Shown: positions 1-7,388 of the stretch, piece after piece
Numbering within the stretch: position 1 is the stretch's first letter
How the letters are laid out: each line of letters opens with the position of its first letter
Assembly (NCBI GenBank): GCA_016926735.1
Contig: JAFGOA010000132.1
Coordinates: forward strand, 1-10,569
Length of the DNA: 10,569 bases
Origin: Promethearchaeota archaeon
GTDB lineage: Archaea; Asgardarchaeota; Lokiarchaeia; Sigyniarchaeales; SOKP01
Direction: 5' to 3'
The notes under the pieces: model-generated
Database searches by the model: none
The model's input: only the letters and a program-made list of their open reading frames with translations
What the model was told of the DNA's origin: nothing
Position numbers and translations under genes: made by a program

Positions 1-84
1 AACCTTCAAATTATTTATAAAAATCTAGTAATTTTTATAAAAATCACCAATTTCTATTCTAATTATTAATCTTTTTTTTTCAAA

Positions 85-180
85 AAGACCAGCCCTAAGG
101 TTATCAGACTGTTCGCTCATCACTGAGTTCAAAACATACATCATCGATCGTACCTCGAGTACTCTCTCCGAAGTCTTGAA
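85..180 (-). ncRNA. Candidate box C/D guide sRNA, possibly targeting 23S rRNA domain V
   Basis: Minus strand reads AUGAUGU (box C-like, 144-138), a 10-nt guide, CUCA (D'-like, 127-124), GUGAUGA (perfect C', 123-117), the 9-nt guide GCGAACAGU and CUGA (perfect D, 107-104). Flanking GAGGU/ACCUU can close a terminal stem. It is a GC-richer island in AT-rich DNA and is followed by a U-run. Weak points: degenerate C and D' boxes and no spacer between D' and C'. Ends are approximate. Confidence 0.55.
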
Positions 181-300
181 GGACGTTATCTCGCAATACT
201 TATACGAATAATAAATGTTATAGTATTCTGAGGAGGGACTATTCTTTTTCAAACAAGGCTCAAAATTCCTGACTTGTGAGAATATCCACATAGAATAAAT

Positions 301-314
301 TGGAATATATTCCA
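301..314. promoter_or_regulatory. Perfect 14-bp palindrome TGGAATATATTCCA, possible transcription factor site
   Basis: Exact self-reverse-complement in non-coding or degraded DNA; function is not supported beyond the symmetry. Confidence 0.2.
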
Positions 315-770
315 CACATTTATCATCCTTTTAAGTATACACATACCTATTTTGATATCAATAAAGGAATAAGTTATGTGATCGTAAGTATTAATGAGTA
401 GTGTAATTGTAAGAGGAAATATTGACAGTATTTATAGTTGAGAAGTTCTATTCTAATATATTTAACTCCAATGATTTTATTTTCGATTCTTGTTTTTTCA
501 TCTCCCTCCTTATTTTTTAATATAACATATAAATTACTATTATTTTAAGCGAGATCGATATTTAAAATATGGGATGGAGATGATTTTTTTGATTTGTATA
601 AAAAATTATAGGTTTTTATAAAATTTCAGTAAAGAGTTGAAATAATTTTTCTTTAACCTAAATTATTTTTTTGGAAAAAGTCTGGAATAAATTATAGTTT
701 TATAAAATAAAATGATAAATTAACTTACTAGTAAGAAGTAAAAGAATACTAAGTATATATAGATATATGA

Positions 771-800
771 GAAGAAAAAGAAAAAAAAAATAAAATTTTT
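771..800 (-). terminator. Oligo-U tract just downstream of the GH9 stop codon, likely archaeal-type intrinsic terminator
   Basis: Plus strand gaagaaaaagaaaaaaaaaa gives a long U-rich run on the minus strand starting a few nt after the stop at 804, with no GC hairpin. Confidence 0.4.
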
Positions 801-803
801 AAT

Positions 804-3800
804 TTAAAACATCCAACAGGTAAATCTCTGTTCAAATTTTATTATCCAATCGATTATTTCAATTCTTTTATCTGGAAAGCGTTCTAATAGCCTTTCGATG
901 GCTTCTAATGAAATATGGAACCTTGACCTTGGGGGTTTATTTCCATTAAGAAATTTTCCATCTTCATATACAGGAATATTTTCTGCCGGAAGACTTTCCT
1001 CTGATAATCCCTGATAAGACCAATCATTAGTCTGATCCCACGATTCAGGATTGATGTTTTGATCTGTGGGTAAACCAATACGAATTACAGATTCAACAGC
1101 AGAAACACTTTTTCCGCCAGGATAGATTTCTGTACCACTATAATCTATTATTACATAAAAAGTAAAAGCACTATAATGGATTAATCCAGATATTTCAACT
1201 GGAACATCAGATTCCATAAGCTGCACAATAACATTATCTACAGAGTAGCCTGCTTTATATACTTCAACTAAATTCACATAATAACGATATGATAAGCTAT
1301 CAACGATTCGAGCTGGCCAAGCTGCATGACTAACCATTTTTACACTTATTTCAGATTCAAGATCCAAGTTAACAGGCACTACATAATCTGGATTTTCAAT
1401 AAGGACAGTTCTTCCAAGATTTATATTATCAATATATAGATTAGTACTATCTATACCCATGGTAAATTGTAAATCTACATTATTTTCATTAGCTTGACTT
1501 ACAGAAAACGTCCATGTATATCGTGTCATTTCTGTATTTAAAGCAAAGGAAGTACCAGTAACCCAAGCGCCATCTATTTGAATAGAAGGTTCGATAATTC
1601 GATCAGCTGCAGCACGAGCATCAAAGCTAAGTGTATATTCTGTATCAGGTATAAGAGTTAAGCCTCCATGTCTAATAAGTACATGCCAATTTGCTGTACC
1701 TGCATCTGTAATATTTACTGCAACCTCACCATCTATAACATCAGTAGTAAAAACAGCAGAGCTCCAACCTAATGAGTTGTACCAAGGATCAAAACCATCT
1801 GAAAAATCTCCATTTGCAAGAATTTGTTCTGCTGCACCTAGTTCTACATTATCGAAATATAAGTTAGTGTTATCCATACCCATTACAAACTGAACATCTA
1901 CATTATTTTCGTTTGCTTGACTTACAGAAAACGTCCAAGTATATTGTGTCATTTCTGTAGTTATAGCAAAAGTAGTACCAGTAACCCAAGCGCCATCTAT
2001 TTGTATGGCCGCTCCAATATTTCGATCAGCTGCAGCACGAGCATCAAAGCTAAGTGTATATTCAATCTCTGGTTTAAGAGTCAATCCACCTTGTCTAATT
2101 AATACATGCCAATCAGCTGTACCTGCATCTGCAATGTCTACTACGACTTCACCATCTATAACATCAGTACTAAAAACAGCAGAACTCCAACCTAATGAGT
2201 TGTACCATGGATCAAAACCATCTGAAAAATCTCCATTTATAATAATATCAGTAAGTACAGGAACTCTTAAAGTTGGTGGTTGTTCAATATCAATAACCTT
2301 ACTTTCTATAACACTTATATTACAAATATATACATTAGTGCTATCTATACCCATGTTAAATTGTATACGCGCATTTTCATCGGTAAGCTCATTCATAGTA
2401 AATGTATGAGTAAAGGTATTTATATCTGTAGATAGTTCAACAGTAAAACCACCATAAGTTGTATAGTCCCCTCCTTCTTCACCTATACTTGCTTCGATCT
2501 CTCGAGAGGCGGCGGCATAAGCATTAAAGCTAATAATATATTCTCCTCCTTGTTCAATTGTTAATCCCCCTTGCACAAGTTGTACATGCCAATTGTCTGT
2601 ACCTGCTGTTGTCATTTCGATTGCAAGTTCTCCTTCTGTAAAAGTAAAAACTGCATCTGCTCCTTGATTATAAGTTTCTGAAGTGCTCCACCAATTTCTT
2701 CCATCTGAAAAATCTCCATTATGTAGAATTTCACCACGTGGTATTTTAGGACCACTTACTTTGGCTTCTGTAAAGAACTCATCTAGCCTTTCTTCTGTTG
2801 GTGTGAAATAATTTTGTGGAAATCTTGAGAGTGGTCTTCCCCCATATTTTGTTGTTAAATAAGCTAAAGCACCTATTAGTCCAGAGTTATAATCACATGC
2901 TACTTCAGTTTTTTGATAATCTCTTCTAAGATCTTCCCATTCATCGTTTATCCCAGGTCCACCGACTAGAGCTCCATATAAAATATGTCTTGTCTTTTCT
3001 GGATAATCTATACTATTATCCCAAGATCCATGAGCGGTTCTGTGATGCGGATTTTTAGGATAATTATCTCCAAATCCAATCATATAGCTACTATTTCTAG
3101 GATTATCACCCAATATATAATTAATTTGACTTTCCATAAATTCATCATAGATTGATGATTTGCTTGATGTACATAACTCATCAGTAGTCCAGATTGATGC
3201 TAAAAATGCTGCATTAGCACTGTATCTTAATGATCCCCATTCACCTGCCCATGCAAGACCTCCAGGAGTATAAGACATTCCACCTCCTGGGAGCCAAAAA
3301 TCAAGAGTAGATTCAATTGCATCAATATATATTTGCTTTTCGGTTATTTGAGCTAAAAGAATCTGAGTCATATAAATCATATTATCCCAATCATGAACTC
3401 TTTCAGGTCTTATGTCTGCATTAGCTAAATTTAGTTCAGCCTCAATAAGATATGATAGCTCACCTGTATTAAGGTATAGTAAAACACCAGTAGCAGCTAA
3501 TTCATCCCAAAATCCACTCCATGATCTATAGAAATCTCCAGCAATTTCATTATAATAATCATCATTTTTTGTTGCAGAACCAAATTCATATAGTTGTTTA
3601 GCATGATTTAGACATTCAGCAGCATAGTTAGGTTGTTCGTCTTCAAAAATAATGGCAGCAAAAGCTAAAGCCGCAGCTGAAGCAGCAACAGGAGTAGTTG
3701 CCATATTTGTCATATCTGCTTTAAATGAAGGACGATCTACAAATTTTTCAAGGACTTCTGCTGGACCCCACCATCCATGATCAGTATGACCATCTCCTAC

Positions 3801-4283
3801 TTGGAAATAAAACTCATTAGGACCAGTATGACATTTTATTAAATAATCAGTACCCCATTTTATGGCATCAAGAGCGTCATCTAGTTGATTCATTTTTTTA
3901 AACGCATCCTCAAATTCATAAATACTCCAAGCTATGGTTGCCATTGTAGAAGCCATTGGTAAATTAAACTTAACATGATCACCTGCATCAAAGTATCCTC
4001 CCGTAAGATCAACACCTACATCAGCACCATCGTTTAAGCAAGAATCACCCCGCCAAATAACAGGATTATCTTCGGGTAATTTTCCTGAGCGTTGTTGCAT
4101 ATAAAAATAGATTGCTTTTTGTAAAGCTTCTCCATAATTATAGGGTGAATCTTTAGACATATAGTATTTATCCTTTCTGAAACTTGACCAATATCCAGAA
4201 GTAATAGGAATAATTGAAGCAGTGAATAGCATAACCAGTATCATGCTTACTATAGCTATTTTTTTGTTTTTTAATTTTAACAT
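804..4283 (-). CDS. Secreted multidomain glycoside hydrolase family 9 endoglucanase: signal/TM - GH9 - CBM3c interrupted by 3x CBM4/9-like modules - amphipathic tail (~1159 aa)
   Basis: GH9 motifs YNYGEALQKAIYFY..QRSG, DLTGGYFDAGDHVKF (catalytic Asp pair), PHHRTAHGSW, LYGALVGGP and EVACDYN (catalytic Glu). Three NGDFSDG...WHV...Y.ISF.A.A modules. CBM3c motifs EFFTEA, WPAR..SLSYRYY, GTEIYPGG, WDQTNDWSYQG and IPVYEDG. Start placed at ATG 4283 (AAGGGA upstream, then a basic plus hydrophobic leader MLKLKNKKIAIVSMILVMLF) rather than 4355. Confidence 0.93.
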   Translation of the reverse strand: MLKLKNKKIAIVSMILVMLFTASIIPITSGYWSSFRKDKYYMSKDSPYNYGEALQKAIYFYMQQRSGKLPEDNPVIWRGDSCLNDGADVGVDLTGGYFDAGDHVKFNLPMASTMATIAWSIYEFEDAFKKMNQLDDALDAIKWGTDYLIKCHTGPNEFYFQVGDGHTDHGWWGPAEVLEKFVDRPSFKADMTNMATTPVAASAAALAFAAIIFEDEQPNYAAECLNHAKQLYEFGSATKNDDYYNEIAGDFYRSWSGFWDELAATGVLLYLNTGELSYLIEAELNLANADIRPERVHDWDNMIYMTQILLAQITEKQIYIDAIESTLDFWLPGGGMSYTPGGLAWAGEWGSLRYSANAAFLASIWTTDELCTSSKSSIYDEFMESQINYILGDNPRNSSYMIGFGDNYPKNPHHRTAHGSWDNSIDYPEKTRHILYGALVGGPGINDEWEDLRRDYQKTEVACDYNSGLIGALAYLTTKYGGRPLSRFPQNYFTPTEERLDEFFTEAKVSGPKIPRGEILHNGDFSDGRNWWSTSETYNQGADAVFTFTEGELAIEMTTAGTDNWHVQLVQGGLTIEQGGEYIISFNAYAAASREIEASIGEEGGDYTTYGGFTVELSTDINTFTHTFTMNELTDENARIQFNMGIDSTNVYICNISVIESKVIDIEQPPTLRVPVLTDIIINGDFSDGFDPWYNSLGWSSAVFSTDVIDGEVVVDIADAGTADWHVLIRQGGLTLKPEIEYTLSFDARAAADRNIGAAIQIDGAWVTGTTFAITTEMTQYTWTFSVSQANENNVDVQFVMGMDNTNLYFDNVELGAAEQILANGDFSDGFDPWYNSLGWSSAVFTTDVIDGEVAVNITDAGTANWHVLIRHGGLTLIPDTEYTLSFDARAAADRIIEPSIQIDGAWVTGTSFALNTEMTRYTWTFSVSQANENNVDLQFTMGIDSTNLYIDNINLGRTVLIENPDYVVPVNLDLESEISVKMVSHAAWPARIVDSLSYRYYVNLVEVYKAGYSVDNVIVQLMESDVPVEISGLIHYSAFTFYVIIDYSGTEIYPGGKSVSAVESVIRIGLPTDQNINPESWDQTNDWSYQGLSEESLPAENIPVYEDGKFLNGNKPPRSRFHISLEAIERLLERFPDKRIEIIDWIIKFEQRFTCWMF
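1413..2238 (-). repeat. Intragenic tandem duplication (period 423 nt = 141 aa) encoding CBM modules 2 and 3
   Basis: Manual ungapped alignment of 1441-1815 with 1864-2238 gives about 47 mismatches in 375 nt (~87% identity), including identical runs of 40 nt or more. Confidence 0.95.
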
Positions 4284-4503
4284 ATTTATGTTCCCTTTTT
4301 TATGTATAAAATAAGATATAATTAGATATTCCTTATGATATTTAAAGGTTAACATAATTATTAGGATATTTGTACTAAAGAATTAGTATTTTGTTGACAC
4401 AAATTGAAATTCTGAAATCATTATTCTATCAATAAATAAAATAATCTAAAATTGTGTGAAAAAAAAGTTATTTTATTGTTAAAACTCAAAAAAGATTACG
4501 AAT

Positions 4504-5112
4504 CTAAATAAAAAGAATATATCTTGGTGTTTCTTTAAAATAATTTTTATAATCCTCTTTAAAAATATTAAGTAAAAATTCTTCCTCTCTTAATATTTGA
4601 AAGTGAATTGACACAATTGTGATTAAACAAAATCCTAAAAAGATTAAATTAGGTTGAACAATAAAAAGAGAGATTACAATTCCATCAAGCCCTAAAAATA
4701 TAGGATTTCGAGATATTTTGAAAATTCCCTGAGTAATTAATTTATTTGAATTATTTACATCCATCCCTACTCTCCAAGATTTTCCCATAGTAATTATTGC
4801 ACTCCACATAATGATCAAAAAAATCAGTGAAAATATCATCCCAATGTAAATAATCCAATTAAAATTTCTTATATCCCAAAAATAACCAAAAATTACGTTT
4901 GATGGTTCTATTAAAGAATTAAAAATATATATTATTGTATATGATAATAATATTACAATAAATCCAATTATAGATAGTAAAGATTTTAATCCTTCTTTTG
5001 TAGATAATGATAAAGCTTTATCTCCCATTTTCTTTAAAACGATAATTCTATATATAAGAAAAGTCCAAAAACTTATGAAAAAGAAAATTCCAAATCCAAA
5101 TACAATATCCAT
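4504..5112 (-). CDS. Isoprenylcysteine carboxyl methyltransferase / PEMT (Ste14-like) family membrane protein
   Basis: Several hydrophobic helices and the family motifs MGKSWR, LITQGIFKISRNPIFLG and EEEFL..F.EDY..Y....PR; GGAG precedes the ATG. Confidence 0.85.
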   Translation of the reverse strand: MDIVFGFGIFFFISFWTFLIYRIIVLKKMGDKALSLSTKEGLKSLLSIIGFIVILLSYTIIYIFNSLIEPSNVIFGYFWDIRNFNWIIYIGMIFSLIFLIIMWSAIITMGKSWRVGMDVNNSNKLITQGIFKISRNPIFLGLDGIVISLFIVQPNLIFLGFCLITIVSIHFQILREEEFLLNIFKEDYKNYFKETPRYILFI

Positions 5113-5240
5113 ATTGTTTTCTCCAAAATTACTAATTTTTTTGCTTATTTAATTAAAATAGAGGAATATATTTAAAGAAAATAGTATAAAAGAGAATACA
5201 TACTTTACTATTCAACATTATCTATATCAAGGAAAAGCTA

Positions 5241-5684
5241 TCATTCATCATCTGATAACATAAATAATAATGGTATAGAAAGTTCAACAACTCCCTTCCC
5301 TTTATCAGTTAATTTATATAGAACAGATGGTGGTCTTGTCTCTTGAACTGTTCTAGAAATCAGTTGTAATTCCTCTAACATTTTTAAAGTACCTGAGAGT
5401 GATCTTGAAGATATATTCTTTAGATGACGCATTAATTGATTAAAGATTAGACCTCTATAGACTTCTAATTCCCATAATATATGAATTGTCCATTTTTTTG
5501 TAAGGATACTAATGGCTTTATCAAAGTAGGCAACCTCAAGTCTTCTTCGATCATAATTATGTTTAATTTTATTTTGATGATTATTAATTAGAGACCTTAG
5601 AATTATTCTAGAGTCACTAATATATTTTTTTATTTTAATTAGCATTTCATTATCTTCTAAATCCAAAATATATAACCTCTTCAA
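5241..5684 (-). CDS. HxlR-family winged helix-turn-helix transcriptional regulator
   Basis: Motifs ILTKKWTIHILWEL, FNQL...LKNISSRSLSGTLKMLEE.QLISR and PPSVLYKLTDKGK. Start uncertain: TTG 5684, TTG 5666 (GAGGT upstream) or ATG 5645. Confidence 0.85.
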   Translation of the reverse strand: MKRLYILDLEDNEMLIKIKKYISDSRIILRSLINNHQNKIKHNYDRRRLEVAYFDKAISILTKKWTIHILWELEVYRGLIFNQLMRHLKNISSRSLSGTLKMLEELQLISRTVQETRPPSVLYKLTDKGKGVVELSIPLLFMLSDDE

Positions 5685-5827
5685 TTATAATTCTATATCG
5701 ATATTTTATAAATAAATTTAAGTCAGGTCTAATAATTAATTACATCATATTTTAATTATATTTCTGAGTTATAATCTGTTATTTAATATAATTTAATGAG
5801 TATATTGATAATTAATAAGATAAAAAG

Positions 5828-6343
5828 GTGATTGATTTTAAAAAAATAGCTATAATTGCTACAAATGGGTATGAGGATCTTGAATTACATTATCCAAGAA
5901 TTAGATTAATTGAAGCGGGATTTGATGTAGATATTATCAGTTTAGACCATAACATAATAAAAGGGAAATATGGATATCCTATTAAGCCAGATTTAACGAT
6001 TGAAGAAGCTAAAACAGAGGATTATGATGGGGTGATTCTTCCCGGAGGAACTCTAAATCCTGATTATCTAAGAAGAAATAAAACTATATTAAAATTTATA
6101 GAAGATTTGGATAAAGAAAAAAAAATGGTTAGTGCCATTTGTCATGCTGGATGGGTGTTAATATCTGCAAAAATCATAAAAGGAAGAAAAGTAACAAGTT
6201 ATTTTGCAATTAAAGATGATATTATTAATGCTGGAGCTCTATTTGAAGATTCAGAAGTAATTATAGATAATAATTTGATAACTTCGAGATGTCCAGATGA
6301 TCTTCCAGAATATATGAAAGTTGTTTTAGCTTACCTAAAATAA
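5828..6343 (+). CDS. pfpI: PfpI/DJ-1 family protein (type 1 glutamine amidotransferase-like; protease I / deglycase / glyoxalase III-like)
   Basis: Motifs GYEDLEL.YP..RL, YDGVILPGG..PD.LR, AICHAG (catalytic Cys-His) and NLITSR.PDDLP; GTG start. Confidence 0.9.
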   Translation: MIDFKKIAIIATNGYEDLELHYPRIRLIEAGFDVDIISLDHNIIKGKYGYPIKPDLTIEEAKTEDYDGVILPGGTLNPDYLRRNKTILKFIEDLDKEKKMVSAICHAGWVLISAKIIKGRKVTSYFAIKDDIINAGALFEDSEVIIDNNLITSRCPDDLPEYMKVVLAYLK

Positions 6344-6389
6344 AATATGAAATATATAATTTAATATAGAAAAGGGTGAAATATTAAAA

Positions 6390-7346
6390 ATGAAAAATCT
6401 AAAACCAAAGGTATCAATAGTTGGAGCAGGTAATGTGGGTATGAGATATGCATATTCTCTAATTATAAAAGGTTTAGCAAGAAGTCTTGTAATAGTTGAT
6501 ATAGATAAGAAACGATTAGAGGGGGAAGTTATGGATTTATCTCATGGAATTCCCTTTATTTCACCAGTTGAAATAATTGCTGGTGATTATCCAGATATAG
6601 AAGAATCAGATATTATTGTGATTACTGCAGGATTGGGGCAGAAACCAGGAGAAACAAGATTAGACCTTATTAACAAAAATTATAATTTATTTAAAAAAAT
6701 AATCCCAAAAATTATGCAATATTCTCCTGATTCGATCTATCTTGTCGCTTCTAATCCTGTAGATATTCTTTCATATATAACTTATCTACTATCAAAAAAA
6801 CCTTCAAATGAAATTATTGGATCTGGAACTGTATTAGACACAGCAAGATTTCGATTTCTATTAGCAAATCATTGTAATATTAATGCAAATAATGTACATG
6901 CATATATTTTAGGTGAGCATGGTGATACGGAATTTCCAGTTTGGAGCAAAGCAATGATTGGTGGAATGTTTTTAACAGAATATTGTCCAATGTGTACTAA
7001 TTACAACCAATGCAATATCGAAGGCGAATTAAATGAAATTTTCGAGCAAGTTAAAAATTCCGCATATGAAATAATCGAAAGAAAAGGAGAAACATCATAT
7101 GGAATAGGTCTAGCATTATCAAGAATAACAAGAGCAATACTCCATGATGAAAATACTATTTTACCCGTCTCAGTTTTAGTGGAAAACTATTTAGGAGTAA
7201 ATGATCTCTATTTAAGTCTCCCTACTATCCTTAATAAAAATGGGGCTTCTAAAATAATGTATATCAACTTAGATGATAAAGAACAGAAGATGTTTATAGA
7301 ATCAGCTCAAAAAATTAAACATCATATTCAAGAAATAATAAAGTAG
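6390..7346 (+). CDS. ldh: L-lactate dehydrogenase
   Basis: Rossmann motif GAGNVG; substrate loop TAGLGQKPGETRLDL with Gln at the specificity position (MDH has Arg); ASNPVD, GSGTVLDTARFR, GEHGDT and KGETSYGIG. Confidence 0.9.
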   Translation: MKNLKPKVSIVGAGNVGMRYAYSLIIKGLARSLVIVDIDKKRLEGEVMDLSHGIPFISPVEIIAGDYPDIEESDIIVITAGLGQKPGETRLDLINKNYNLFKKIIPKIMQYSPDSIYLVASNPVDILSYITYLLSKKPSNEIIGSGTVLDTARFRFLLANHCNINANNVHAYILGEHGDTEFPVWSKAMIGGMFLTEYCPMCTNYNQCNIEGELNEIFEQVKNSAYEIIERKGETSYGIGLALSRITRAILHDENTILPVSVLVENYLGVNDLYLSLPTILNKNGASKIMYINLDDKEQKMFIESAQKIKHHIQEIIK

Positions 7347-7388
7347 GAACATTATATTTTAATTAGTTCGCTATCTTTAATGAAATTA

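Noticed and set aside
140-180. Resemblance of AAGAC...GUACU...GAUC to the 5' boxes of U3 snoRNA
   Set aside because: Only 4-5 nt matches with wrong spacing and imperfect pairing to the SSU rRNA 5' end.
86-246. Plus strand as a degenerate 23S rRNA fragment (ccctaagg, ctgttcgc, ctgagttcaaaac, ctgaggaggg)
   Set aside because: Matches are short, spacing does not fit rRNA, and the gaps coincide with antisense C/D boxes, so a guide RNA explains the central matches better.
25-315. 96-aa minus-strand ORF
   Set aside because: GTG start, no recognisable motif, and it runs through the C/D-box candidate and an A-run; probably spurious or part of a decayed gene.
1917-2409. Plus-strand ORFs 1917-2102 and 2005-2409
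   Set aside because: Antisense shadows of the GH9 CBM repeats with no protein features.
4284-4355. 24-codon N-terminal extension of the GH9 ORF
   Set aside because: ATG 4283 has an SD-like sequence and directly begins a typical signal peptide; the extension looks like AT-rich upstream DNA.
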